64,000 bases of DNA from a virus: the IMG/VR virus record IMGVR_UViG_3300022907_000005, positions 32,484 through 96,483 of that record; one strand, written 5' to 3'. The first letter of the stretch is position 1, and each line of letters starts with the position of its first letter. Made by a program: the position numbers and the translations under genes. Below the pieces are notes generated by a model. That model saw nothing but the letters and a program-made list of their open reading frames with translations, ran no database searches and was not told the origin of the DNA. Below are positions 50,251 to 59,910 of this stretch, one piece after another.

Positions 50251-51647
50251 TATACCACATCCCCTATACTATCACGCGCAATTTCTAATATCATTTCATG
50301 TTCTCTTGTCACGCTGATTTGATGTCTGATTCCGGTAATTACATATATGCCAGATATTTGAGGGTCAAACAATTCTTCAACATTTGGATTTATACCCTTT
50401 TCACCTACGTTGGGATAGTTAAAACGTATCAGCTTACCGACTTCAATGTCTGTTTTACCTGGTACAGTTATTTCATATTTTATAGCAGACAGTTCAGCTA
50501 GTGCAGTATTTCTAAATGAAGTTGCTGTAACCTGATTGACATTGAATGCATCATTTTCACCGAACAATCCAGACGCACCAGCTTTAAAGTTGATTACTGA
50601 TAGAGGATCTGATTTGACCGTCTCACCATGAGGTGCTGTCTTTGTAATATGTTTAAATGTGCCAAATGTATCTGGTAGCAAATTCTTTAACTGCGATGAA
50701 CGTTCTGCATGCTGACTAGTATAATCAAATCGAATGTCATATAGATCTTTGTTTGCAAAGTCATATGCAAAAGTAGTGTTGCCGTAGTAACCACTCATTC
50801 TATTATCTAATTGGTCATAGTATACAGGAAAATCTACATTACCGACAGTTATCATTTGATCAGATTCATAGGGCGAGGAATATGTAAATCCAGCTGTTCT
50901 ATTGTCCTGCCTAACATCTTTCGACTCATCCAGAGTACTTACATAACTATATTCATCGTATAGAGTTTTAGACTTTATTTGTTCCTGAACCAAAGACGAT
51001 ATAGAAGTAAAATAAAAATACTTATTGGATTCAAAGAACATTACATTAGGCATCTTTAATTGTTGCCCAATAGAATTCTTAGCTAGAAAATTTAAACATT
51101 TGAATGGCGACCAATGAGATGCGATAAACTCAAAGTTGCTTGTATTGTGCGGCGTGTCGTGCAATAGTACTTCACTGGTAGTTGAATCTCCTCCCTTAAT
51201 TCTAGGCTCTTTTAAGTCTTCAAATATCTGAGACGCAATAACATCAGTACCGCCTGTGTATTTTTTTGCAAGGCGTGTTATACTATCTTTTTGACCTTCG
51301 ATTGACATAAACTGAAGTTCATAAAATTGCTGCCTATCATTGTCAAGTTTTCTATTCGTCACCGAATATATCGAAAAGGTTTTGTGTATTACTTGACTCG
51401 GATCATCGGATAGAAAAGGTGTTCTAAGTTTAAAGGTTATAAACTCATCGCCCGTAAATAACTGACCTAAAATATTCGCTGCATCAGAAATTAACGCACC
51501 ACCAAACATACATGGCTGATAGATGCTCTCTGACAATGAAAGTTCCATCAAAAAGTTATTCAGATCTACTTTCTCACCGGCAGATGTTGTTAGAAAAACT
51601 TCTTCAACTCTCACATCACCGGCAGTTTGTTGGGCACTTTCAGCCAT
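50250..51647 (-). CDS. Baseplate hub protein, gp27-like
   Basis: ESIYQPCMFG, FFES and ITVPG...VGK.I...SGIYVITGIRH motifs; lies between gp53 and gp5. Confidence 0.7.
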   Translation of the reverse strand: MAESAQQTAGDVRVEEVFLTTSAGEKVDLNNFLMELSLSESIYQPCMFGGALISDAANILGQLFTGDEFITFKLRTPFLSDDPSQVIHKTFSIYSVTNRKLDNDRQQFYELQFMSIEGQKDSITRLAKKYTGGTDVIASQIFEDLKEPRIKGGDSTTSEVLLHDTPHNTSNFEFIASHWSPFKCLNFLAKNSIGQQLKMPNVMFFESNKYFYFTSISSLVQEQIKSKTLYDEYSYVSTLDESKDVRQDNRTAGFTYSSPYESDQMITVGNVDFPVYYDQLDNRMSGYYGNTTFAYDFANKDLYDIRFDYTSQHAERSSQLKNLLPDTFGTFKHITKTAPHGETVKSDPLSVINFKAGASGLFGENDAFNVNQVTATSFRNTALAELSAIKYEITVPGKTDIEVGKLIRFNYPNVGEKGINPNVEELFDPQISGIYVITGIRHQISVTREHEMILEIARDSIGDVV

Positions 51648-52156
51648 TATGCAGCAACCAACAGTTTGAATTCTTGTACAAAATCATTCAGATGTACAGG
51701 ACGTAACAGAAGAATTTCTTGTCTTGCTTCATTCTCTAATTCTTCGTGTTCTAAATGTGTGATAGGAATCAACTCACCACTTTCTATCTGTGTAGGATTG
51801 TAGTCACTGCATATCAATGGTCTAGCTGCCAGTGCATAATGATGTATTTCATTTTCATTCCCTGCACCATAACGCTGTGTTACCATTGCCAGCAATTGTT
51901 CAGGCGTATAGTACCACTCATTGTAAGGGTCCACTATATTGTTTATCAATAAAATCACCCAATGATATTCAGGATCTTTGTATAATTGATATGCGATGTC
52001 CTCAGGCCTTTCGCCGGATCTAAGCGTGTAGCGTTCAAGAAACATTTCATTCACAATGAATTTATCTCGTGGCACCACTCTTCGGAATATATCGGTTACG
52101 ATCTCTTTCTTTGGATCGAATGGGTATAACAATCTGGGAAAATGATTAAAAAACAT
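51647..52156 (-). CDS. gp53: Baseplate wedge subunit gp53
   Basis: FFNHFP, GERPEDIAYQLY (LysM-like) and HWVILLINNI motifs. Confidence 0.92.
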   Translation of the reverse strand: MFFNHFPRLLYPFDPKKEIVTDIFRRVVPRDKFIVNEMFLERYTLRSGERPEDIAYQLYKDPEYHWVILLINNIVDPYNEWYYTPEQLLAMVTQRYGAGNENEIHHYALAARPLICSDYNPTQIESGELIPITHLEHEELENEARQEILLLRPVHLNDFVQEFKLLVAA

Positions 52157-52160
52157 TTAA

Positions 52161-53411
52161 TTAGAATCCTTGCTCTGCTGCGTCTTTATTTAATACTTCT
52201 AATTCTTTGAATACCATCTGCATAGTAATTTCTGATGGGGCGCCTTCAGTTCCTGCAATCGTTGTAAAGGTTCCGCCGCTGCCATATACTATACTCAAAT
52301 CTACCAATGCACAAGATTTTATTCTGTGTAACCATTTATTTCTTGAAGAATTGTAATTAAATTCAATATCGAATTCTGATGGATATATTAAAAAGAATCC
52401 TTCCGTTGATCTTTCTGAATGCATATTCTTTTTGAATTCTGCTATGATTTTATGCACCGCGTCATTTTCAGCCGCGTTTCTTGGTGCAAATTTATAATCA
52501 AATGCAAACTGCCTAAAATTCATAGACTTAAACAATTGCTCTTTATTCGGATTAGGCACCTTACCAGAAGCTGCTTGCAATGCACCCGAAACGTTTATAT
52601 CAGCGCCAAGAGCTTTTGGGATATCTGACAAGCCTGCAAGTGTTCTTCCCATAAATTCTGCCGCTTCACCTGTCATAGCGGTGTCTAATAGAGAACTTAA
52701 ATCACCACCACTTCTAGCTAATATTCCTGTCAATGCACCAATATCAGCCTCTTGCCATTGAGCACCGTACTTGACTGATGGCGAAGTAGGAATATGGAGT
52801 GTAATTGATGTGTTCGTTTTAACCACTCGATTTGAAGCCAGCATGTTGCCAGCTTTTTCGCCTAGTGCCTGCCCTGCTGCAAAGCCCCCACCAGCTCCTG
52901 CCAGGCCAAAGGCGCCTTTAACTAATGAATTATTACCACCACCAGTTGCTAATTTTGCTAGTCTATTTCCTACAACAGCACCAGCAACACCGGCGCCTAA
53001 TGTTATTAGATTTTTACCTTCTTCATTAGTCAGACGACCGTTGCTATTATTATCATATTCAACGTCTTTATTATTTTTAACAAATGCTTTACCAGCAGTA
53101 GAGTTTTCTCTTACTTTAATTCTAAAAGTAACATTATGTGGCTGCTCTATATTATCTTGCCCTATATTAGAAGGATATCGAAGCATTTGCATACTACCTG
53201 CAGCTTGACCTTGGCTCTTTGCTTTATCTATTGCTTCCTTAGCATCTTGCTTAGATTTTGCAACAGGATTTTTTACTATCACTGCTTGATCAGAGGACGC
53301 TTGTTCATCGTCTATAACAGTGCTGACAGACTCATCACTCTTAGGAAGAACCGTACTATTTGCAGCCCTACGAGCGTTCTCTTTTCTTCTTGTCTCAGAG
53401 CGTGAAGCCAT
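52161..53411 (-). CDS. gp48: Baseplate tail-tube cap gp48
   Basis: LRYP, NPNKEQLFKSMNFRQFAFDYKFAPRN, YPSEF and FKELE motifs. Confidence 0.88.
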   Translation of the reverse strand: MASRSETRRKENARRAANSTVLPKSDESVSTVIDDEQASSDQAVIVKNPVAKSKQDAKEAIDKAKSQGQAAGSMQMLRYPSNIGQDNIEQPHNVTFRIKVRENSTAGKAFVKNNKDVEYDNNSNGRLTNEEGKNLITLGAGVAGAVVGNRLAKLATGGGNNSLVKGAFGLAGAGGGFAAGQALGEKAGNMLASNRVVKTNTSITLHIPTSPSVKYGAQWQEADIGALTGILARSGGDLSSLLDTAMTGEAAEFMGRTLAGLSDIPKALGADINVSGALQAASGKVPNPNKEQLFKSMNFRQFAFDYKFAPRNAAENDAVHKIIAEFKKNMHSERSTEGFFLIYPSEFDIEFNYNSSRNKWLHRIKSCALVDLSIVYGSGGTFTTIAGTEGAPSEITMQMVFKELEVLNKDAAEQGF

Positions 53412-53413
53412 GT

Positions 53414-53452
53414 GATAAATACCTGTACGTTATCTAATTTATACTATTTATA
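53414..53452. promoter_or_regulatory. Divergent late promoters between gp48 and gp4
   Basis: TATAAATA on the minus strand at 53445-53452; variant GATAAATA on the plus strand at 53414-53421. Confidence 0.65.
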
Positions 53453-53895
53453 TGCCATATAACAAACAGATTCATCAAGGACGCTTTAAACCGAAAAATG
53501 TCCACAAGTATAAAGGGAATCCAACTAATATTATTTATCGCTCTGGATATGAGCTAAAATTCATGAATTGGTGCGACAAGAACGATGATGTGCTTGCATG
53601 GGGCTCTGAAGAGATTGTGATACCCTACAGATCGCCACTAGACAATAGAGTGCATAGATACTACCCAGATTTCGTCATCAAGATACGAGATACGACATAT
53701 CTAATAGAAGTCAAGCCATTTAGATTCACACAAGAACCTAAGATACCTAAAAGAAAAACAAAGAGATTCATAACTGAAGTTAAACAATGGGGCGTAAACT
53801 TGGCGAAGTGGGAGAGTGCTAAAGAATTCTGCTTAGATCGAGGCTGGGAATTTAAGATAATCACCGAAAAGGAACTTGGCATATCGTATAAATAG
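53452..53895 (+). CDS. gp4: Head completion nuclease gp4
   Basis: KYKGNPTNIIYRS, WGSEE, HRYYPDF, IEVKP and TEKEL motifs. Confidence 0.95.
   Translation: MPYNKQIHQGRFKPKNVHKYKGNPTNIIYRSGYELKFMNWCDKNDDVLAWGSEEIVIPYRSPLDNRVHRYYPDFVIKIRDTTYLIEVKPFRFTQEPKIPKRKTKRFITEVKQWGVNLAKWESAKEFCLDRGWEFKIITEKELGISYK
53887..53894 (+). promoter_or_regulatory. T4 late promoter 5 nt upstream of the gp2 ATG
   Basis: TATAAATA-GTCAC-ATG. Confidence 0.75.
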
Positions 53896-53899
53896 TCAC

Positions 53900-54469
53900 A
53901 TGGCTACTTTAAACGACATACGAGCAAACGATCAAAATCAGATCCGATCTGTTGATTGGTACCGAAAACAGGTGCAATCATTACCAAATACATTTGGCAG
54001 CCCAGCGGGCGTCATGCGATCTAACCTAGGAGAGCGAGATGCTCGTCCTGAAGTTGGTAGTATGTACTTGTATCTGTACGATCCGAAGACAAAAAAGAAA
54101 CTACCATATTACGATACGTTCCCTCTCGTTCTTCCTTTTGAAGATGCGAAAGGAGGATTCTATGGGCTGAATCTTCACTATTTACCTTATGGTCTTAGAT
54201 TTGAGTTACTTGAACAATTGAAACGAACAAAGAATACTCGCACTATAAATCAAGATACTCAATTTCAACTTAGTTGGAACTTATTAAAATCAGCATCAAG
54301 ATTTCCCGCAGTTCAGCCAACTATTAAACGATACTTGTATTCGCAAATACGATCAAGATTACTAAAGATAAACCCACAAGATTGGAGCACAGCCGCAGCA
54401 CTTCCCGTAGAGCAATTTGAGGGAGCAAGCAAACAGACTGTATTCAACAGGTCAAGGAAAGCAATTTAA
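53900..54469 (+). CDS. gp2: DNA end protector gp2
   Basis: YDPKTKKKLPYYDTFPL, GLNLHYLP and KRYL motifs; probable start at 53900. Confidence 0.93.
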   Translation: MATLNDIRANDQNQIRSVDWYRKQVQSLPNTFGSPAGVMRSNLGERDARPEVGSMYLYLYDPKTKKKLPYYDTFPLVLPFEDAKGGFYGLNLHYLPYGLRFELLEQLKRTKNTRTINQDTQFQLSWNLLKSASRFPAVQPTIKRYLYSQIRSRLLKINPQDWSTAAALPVEQFEGASKQTVFNRSRKAI

Positions 54470-55119
54470 TGGCAACTTTAAATGACTTTGTAAGTAAAAT
54501 AAGAACAGGTGATCTTGCAAGAAGCAACCGTTTTGAAGTAGAGATATTATCACCCGGTGCAATAGATAGTAACGATGTAAACATACTATGTGAAGATGCA
54601 TCAGTCCCTGGATTGATTATTCCATACGTCCCGATAAAAATTGGAAACATAACAGAACCTAGAGCGCATGGAATGGAGTTCTTCGGTGACAACGCAACAT
54701 TCACATTTTTCTGCGACACAAATTGGGATGTGAGAGCATACTTTGAAAACTGGATGGCAGCTACTGTAGATCCAGTATCTAGAGAAGCAACATTCTTTGA
54801 CTTGTGCGCGGGTACAATCAACATATTTAGCTTGAACAGAAAAGATGCTAGGGTGCGTGGTTGGCAGTTAGTAGACTGCATCCCTAGAAATATATCACTT
54901 GGAAATTTTTCACAAGGCAACGAAGCACCAATGCGAGTGTCAATATCAATCGCATATAAGAAATGGGTTGCTTTAGGCACCGCAGATGTAAGCCCCGAGA
55001 ACACACTAGAATCTGCGGTTGGTGATCCAAGTACTAACATACCGCTTAAAGGCCTTAAAGGCCCTATCACCGACGATGTTAGAAGTTTTTCAAATTTATC
55101 TATAGAACAATACGCTTAA
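54469..55119 (+). CDS. Tail tube-like baseplate initiator (gp54/gp19-like)
   Basis: LARSNRFEV, LCEDASVPG and FENWM motifs; tube-fold paralogue located between gp2 and gp26. Confidence 0.75.
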   Translation: MATLNDFVSKIRTGDLARSNRFEVEILSPGAIDSNDVNILCEDASVPGLIIPYVPIKIGNITEPRAHGMEFFGDNATFTFFCDTNWDVRAYFENWMAATVDPVSREATFFDLCAGTINIFSLNRKDARVRGWQLVDCIPRNISLGNFSQGNEAPMRVSISIAYKKWVALGTADVSPENTLESAVGDPSTNIPLKGLKGPITDDVRSFSNLSIEQYA

Positions 55120-55122
55120 TTA

Positions 55123-55836
55123 ATGGAGAATATTATGGCATTACCTAGCATTGATGCACCAACATATGAGATTGAAATACCTCATACAAAAGAGACTAAG
55201 AAATTCAGACCATTCTTAGTAAAAGAAGAAAAACTTCTTGTCTTGGCAAATGAGTCTGGTGAACACCGTGACATGATACGAGCAACACAACAAATTGTCA
55301 CGAATTGTTCGTTTGGTGAGATCGACGGGGAGAAGTTGCCGCTGTTTGCGCTGCAAAAAATATTCTTAGATATTAGGTCACAATCAATATCTAGTGTAAT
55401 CGATCTTGTATTGTCTTGTGGTTCGTGTGAAGCACAAAATGCGCATTCAATCGACTTAGCTACACTTGAAATTGAAGAGACTGAAGGTCATAGCACGATG
55501 GTGAAATTGAGTGATACATTGTTTATTGAGATGCAGTATCCTGATCCATTTCAAGTCAGTGAATTGCTAGATACTAGCGATCCTGAAACTGTATACAGAA
55601 TTGCAGGAAACTGCGTAAGTGTAATTTACGATGGAGATGAAAAATACAATGCATTTGAGTCTTCCGAAGATGAAAGAAGGGACTGGGTAGAACAGCTAAC
55701 ATTAGAACAGTTTGCAAATCTACGAAAATTTTTTGAAACTATGCCTGTCTTAGAACACGCAATAGATTTCGATTGCGTAAAGTGTGGTAAAGCAAACTAT
55801 ATTAACTTCAATGGGTACCAGGATTTTTTCGTTTAA
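55123..55836 (+). CDS. gp26: Baseplate hub assembly protein gp26
   Basis: MALP, FRPFLVKEEK, two CxxC pairs, FFETMP, C-terminal DFF. Confidence 0.9.
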   Translation: MENIMALPSIDAPTYEIEIPHTKETKKFRPFLVKEEKLLVLANESGEHRDMIRATQQIVTNCSFGEIDGEKLPLFALQKIFLDIRSQSISSVIDLVLSCGSCEAQNAHSIDLATLEIEETEGHSTMVKLSDTLFIEMQYPDPFQVSELLDTSDPETVYRIAGNCVSVIYDGDEKYNAFESSEDERRDWVEQLTLEQFANLRKFFETMPVLEHAIDFDCVKCGKANYINFNGYQDFFV

Positions 55837-56006
55837 ACCTCTCCCATGATACGTTAGAGAATTATTTTAAGACCAATTTTCTACTAATGCAGGAACATAA
55901 ATATTCCTTAAGTGAAATTGAAAATTGGTTGCCTTGGGAGAGGCAAGTTTACATCGCTATGTTAATCGAGCATCTAAAGAAAAAGGCAGAAAGGGCTAAA
56001 AAGTAA
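55824..56006 (+). CDS. gp51: gp51-like baseplate assembly catalyst in the -1 frame, probably expressed by frameshifting
   Basis: Not in the ORF track. The -1 frame reads FFRLNLSHDTLENYFKTNFLLMQEHKYSLSEIENWLPWERQVYIAMLIEHLKKKAERAKK*; its stop overlaps the next ATG. Confidence 0.8.
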   Translation, partial: FFRLNLSHDTLENYFKTNFLLMQEHKYSLSEIENWLPWERQVYIAMLIEHLKKKAERAKK

Positions 56007-57775
56007 TGGGTATCTTAGACAACGCAGCGTCTGCTCTAGGCGGGCGCGTAAAAGAAAGTTTAGGTGTAAGCAAAGAAACTAAAGGCTTCGGTAACATTAT
56101 GGGAGGCGCGTTCAGTGCTGCGAACATGTTTGGGGCTGATAGCTTTCTCGGTGAAACATTCAGTAGCGATGAAGAACGAGACCGCGTAAAGCAATTCAAC
56201 AAAGATCAAAAATCATCCAATAAAGAAAAAGCCTCAAGTTCTGGTGGAGGTCTATTCGGTGGCGCTGCAAAAGTAGAAAACGCAGGTATCAACGCTGAGG
56301 GGTTGGAAGGTATAGCAGATGACGTAAAAACAATACGAGACATCTCAGAGGAAGAGTTTACTGCACCTCCTGCAGATAAAAAGGATGAGAAAGAAAAGCC
56401 AGAGTTTGATCAATTAAAAAAGACAGAAGAAGTAAAGAAAAAAGAGGTAGCTAAAGTTGTAGGTATCACATCAGCGCAAGGTGATACTATGATTGGGCTG
56501 CTTGAAGATATTGCTAGAGGCATTGGAGACATCGACGGCGGTGGTAGCGGAATGTCAACACCTAGCATACGTCCAAAACTTAAAACAGGCGCTAAATCGC
56601 CAAAACCAAAACCAAAAAGCGTAAAGCCAACAAAGGTGCCCACTAAGCCAACCAGTCCGTTAGCAAAAGCTACTAGTGCTGCAAAGAATGCAGGATCTAA
56701 AGTTGGAAGTGCCGCTGCGAAAGTCGGAGCAAAGGGTGTGCCCATACTTGGTACTGCACTTGCTGTTGGCGAAGGTGCGAAGGATGTATTTGATGCAGAA
56801 CAAGCTATGGAAAACTTGGAAAGTACCGCAGAAGAAGCACAAATCGCAAAAGGTGAAGGTATAGGAAAAGCATCTGGTACACTTGCTGGTGCTGCTGCTG
56901 GTGCTGCTGTAGGTAGTGTCGTTCCTGTAGTAGGAACAATAGTTGGCGGCATAGTAGGCGGTGCTTTGGGATACTTTGCAGGCGGTGAAGCGGGAGGAGC
57001 ACTTGCTGATGCATTGCCCGTTGATCCGGGTGAAATTGCAGAATCAAATGCAGTCGCAGAAGAGATACTAGAAGATGCAAGCACAAAGATAGATGGTAAA
57101 AAATTAGTAGACACAATACGAAGCGATGCCTCTGAAATTGAAGCTACATTAACAGAAGCCACACTTGAAGAAAGTGGAAAAGACGAGCTAAGTGAGAACG
57201 ACAAAGCCGCTATTGCAAATGCTTCACTAGTCAAAGCTATTCAAAATAACAAAGAAGCATTAGATGCAGTAGGGGTATCAATGGACCCCGAAGCAATGCA
57301 AGCAATAAATGAAAGAATAGAAAAAAGACAAGAAACCAATTTAGAAGCTGCCGAAGACTCTGGGCTGTATAACAAAGATATGATGGGCAATAGTGAAATC
57401 GACAAAGAGAAGCTGGCAACAACGGAAGATACAGGGCAGTTAAATGCAATGCTCATGGACCGTGACTTGAGCGAAGAAGATACTGCTGCGGTGCAGTCAA
57501 GACTCAATGATATAAAAGCAACCCCAGATCCTTTAGAAGCAAGCGTCTTGCGGTCGAATTCACAGTCAGCAAACGCGCCAGCAGCAACAGTTGAAGATGC
57601 TACCGATGTTGCAGCAACATCAAATGTACCTGCAGCCCCAATAGTAATACAAGCACCAGGTGGACAAGCAGCACCCGCTGCATCACCGGATGTCAACGTA
57701 CTAGTAACACTACCGAAAAGTATAAGCCCGAACAATGCAACAGGCAGTCGGTATCTTGCTTCGGTCATGTCATAG
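56006..57775 (+). CDS. Tape-measure / hub protein candidate (gp29 position)
   Basis: 589 aa, Ala/Gly-rich, with a glycine-zipper hydrophobic segment; follows gp26/gp51. Confidence 0.55.
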   Translation: MGILDNAASALGGRVKESLGVSKETKGFGNIMGGAFSAANMFGADSFLGETFSSDEERDRVKQFNKDQKSSNKEKASSSGGGLFGGAAKVENAGINAEGLEGIADDVKTIRDISEEEFTAPPADKKDEKEKPEFDQLKKTEEVKKKEVAKVVGITSAQGDTMIGLLEDIARGIGDIDGGGSGMSTPSIRPKLKTGAKSPKPKPKSVKPTKVPTKPTSPLAKATSAAKNAGSKVGSAAAKVGAKGVPILGTALAVGEGAKDVFDAEQAMENLESTAEEAQIAKGEGIGKASGTLAGAAAGAAVGSVVPVVGTIVGGIVGGALGYFAGGEAGGALADALPVDPGEIAESNAVAEEILEDASTKIDGKKLVDTIRSDASEIEATLTEATLEESGKDELSENDKAAIANASLVKAIQNNKEALDAVGVSMDPEAMQAINERIEKRQETNLEAAEDSGLYNKDMMGNSEIDKEKLATTEDTGQLNAMLMDRDLSEEDTAAVQSRLNDIKATPDPLEASVLRSNSQSANAPAATVEDATDVAATSNVPAAPIVIQAPGGQAAPAASPDVNVLVTLPKSISPNNATGSRYLASVMS

Positions 57776-57784
57776 GAGACAAAC

Positions 57785-57949
57785 ATGAAAGGATTCATTT
57801 TAGATAGATTAGCCGAAAGAACATCACTAGACGGCGCAGTATTAATTGCTGCTGGTGTTGCGTTCATACTCTTTAAACCAATAGCAGGTCTTATTGCATA
57901 CGGCGCAATTGCGTATGGTGCTTGGACTATTTGGAAGCGAGAAGAATAA
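57785..57949 (+). CDS. 54-aa membrane protein
   Basis: Not in the ORF track. AGGAG SD; translation MKGFILDRLAERTSLDGAVLIAAGVAFILFKPIAGLIAYGAIAYGAWTIWKREE. Confidence 0.7.
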   Translation: MKGFILDRLAERTSLDGAVLIAAGVAFILFKPIAGLIAYGAIAYGAWTIWKREE

Positions 57950-57996
57950 TGATAGAAGTAGCCGCAGCGTAACGTTTGGCGTTATTGTAACATCAT

Positions 57997-58020
57997 AAAA
58001 AAGGGGCACCGAAGTGCCCC
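57997..58020 (-). terminator. Rho-independent terminator after gp32
   Basis: Minus strand GGGGCAC-TTCG-GTGCCCC-TTTTTT. Confidence 0.9.
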
Positions 58021-58042
58021 CATAAAAGAGTGTGTAATCTTT

Positions 58043-58957
58043 TTAATCGTCTTCAGCTAATGCTGCAAAGTAACTAAGTGTATCTTCCTCATCAGCACTT
58101 GAAGCGACTGTGACTCTGGAAGAAGTAGCAGAGTTAACCGCCATCAAATCTTCAACATCATCAGTGCCTGTCTGTGCTGCAATAGTCTCAGCAGTGGTCA
58201 CTCTCGCGCCTCCCGTGAGTACTTGATTCAGCTTAGCCTTCAACTCATCATAAGTCTTGAAGTTCTTAGGATCAACCATCTCAGCAAGTGAATGCTGCTT
58301 GCCCCAGATTGCTTCAATCTCTTCATCAGAGTCTGCAACCGCAGAAGGAGATGATTCAAACTCAGACTTGTCGTAATTACGATAGCCTTCTACCTGACGC
58401 GCCTTCAACTTGAAGTTAGAACCTTCCCAGAAGTCAAAAGGATTTGATGCTGTTTCATCTTGAAACTCAGGTTGCATCTGATCTTTGATCTTGTCAAAGA
58501 TTTTCTTACCAAACTTGTAAAGCATTACCTGACCCTCGTTCTGAGGATTAGCAGGGTCTTTTACTACAAGAACATTTGCGTAATAAGACAATCGACGCTT
58601 TTGCTTTCGTGCGATGTCCTTACTAGATTCAACACCACTGTTCCAAAGTTCGCTGTTCAATTCTGATACAGGATCTTGTTGATTCAAAGTAGTAAGTGAG
58701 TTCTCAATGTACCACTTACCTGTAGGACCTTGAAAGCCATGATTCCATAAACGAACCCAGGGAAGTTCTTCACCTTTAGGGGGAGCAAGAAAACGTAAGA
58801 CAGCATACCCATTGCCAGCAGAATCTACTGTGAGCTTCCATTCGTTACCGTTGTCTCGGCCTTGTTGTTTAGGGGAATCGATCTTTTCAACTTCTTTCAT
58901 CAAGTTGTCGAAAGAGCCTCTTGCTTTGCGCAAGTCTGATAGGGAATTAAATGACAT
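58043..58957 (-). CDS. gp32: Single-stranded DNA binding protein gp32
   Basis: GNGYAVLRFL, HGFQGPTGKWYIENSLTTL, FGKKIFDKI and NYDKSEF motifs; acidic tail. Confidence 0.98.
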   Translation of the reverse strand: MSFNSLSDLRKARGSFDNLMKEVEKIDSPKQQGRDNGNEWKLTVDSAGNGYAVLRFLAPPKGEELPWVRLWNHGFQGPTGKWYIENSLTTLNQQDPVSELNSELWNSGVESSKDIARKQKRRLSYYANVLVVKDPANPQNEGQVMLYKFGKKIFDKIKDQMQPEFQDETASNPFDFWEGSNFKLKARQVEGYRNYDKSEFESSPSAVADSDEEIEAIWGKQHSLAEMVDPKNFKTYDELKAKLNQVLTGGARVTTAETIAAQTGTDDVEDLMAVNSATSSRVTVASSADEEDTLSYFAALAEDD

Positions 58958-59017
58958 ATTTTGTATCTCCGTATATGCGTTGTATTTTTGTATAGTGTCC
59001 TGTATTAGCGGACACTA

Positions 59018-59599
59018 TTATTTATAATGCCCACAAACAGCGAATTTTAGTTCTTCGCTGATTTGGACAAATGGACGATACTTCTTGATCAACATGTTGG
59101 TGTCTTCTAAGAAGATATCATCAGCCTCTATAGTAACATAATTGTAGAGTTTGTCAAGTGCTACAATCGTTTCTAAAGAAATCATTTTACCAAAATACAA
59201 TCTGTACACTAGAGGATGTCTCCCTGCGTGTGCATCAAAAGGAGAAGTCAATTCTTCTTTCTCCATTTCATAATCTATCTTGGCGATGTCTTGTTTAAAA
59301 CTGTACGCAAAGTTTTGTCGCACAGCCTTCCATTCTAAATATCGTTCCTTTGATTGCAAGTCAAACATTCCGCCCCAGCGATCACCGGATACAAAGTTAG
59401 CAACAAGAAAATCAATTGCTTCTTTGCGGCTGTAGTCTCTAGCGATCTTACGAATTGCAGTCAAGTCTTTTCGCTTCATAAAAGATTTTTGACTAGCTCT
59501 AACAGCACCCTTTGTTTTAGTGATGTCGTAATCCTTCTTTGTGAAGTGCAGTTTGAGTGCTAGGTAGAGTTTATATACTTCAAACGGTTCCATAATCAA
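59018..59599 (-). CDS. gp59: Helicase loader gp59
   Basis: YKLYLALKLHFT..YD, ISLET and KKYRPF motifs; lies between gp33 and gp32. Confidence 0.9.
   Translation of the reverse strand: MIMEPFEVYKLYLALKLHFTKKDYDITKTKGAVRASQKSFMKRKDLTAIRKIARDYSRKEAIDFLVANFVSGDRWGGMFDLQSKERYLEWKAVRQNFAYSFKQDIAKIDYEMEKEELTSPFDAHAGRHPLVYRLYFGKMISLETIVALDKLYNYVTIEADDIFLEDTNMLIKKYRPFVQISEELKFAVCGHYK
59019..59026 (-). promoter_or_regulatory. T4 late promoter upstream of gp32
   Basis: TATAAATA overlapping the gp59 stop codon. Confidence 0.75.
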
Positions 59600-59910
59600 A
59601 AGGGTAGCTTGCCTGTTTTCTCTTTCATAAGATTTAGAGTTTCCGCTTCTTCTTTAACTTTTTCTTTAAGAGAAGGGGTCAAAAGTTTTCGGACAGATTC
59701 AATTTCTATCTCTTGTCTCTGGCAATAATCAACTAAACAATCAATCAATGGATTTTTAGTGTTGTATGCTTGTTTTTCAATGTACTGAGAAAATTCAACC
59801 TGTGTTTTGAATTGCTTAGTTATTAAAAATACGTCAGTCATTTTTGATGTATCGGTCATGTCATTGTCTACTATAAGTTTAAGTTTATGCATTACTGTCT
59901 TACCTTCCAT
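59596..59910 (-). CDS. gp33: Late transcription coactivator gp33
   Basis: FSQYIE...DYC...IEIESV...LKEKVKEEAETLNLMK...LPF pattern; the true start may be downstream. Confidence 0.88.
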   Translation of the reverse strand: MEGKTVMHKLKLIVDNDMTDTSKMTDVFLITKQFKTQVEFSQYIEKQAYNTKNPLIDCLVDYCQRQEIEIESVRKLLTPSLKEKVKEEAETLNLMKEKTGKLPF

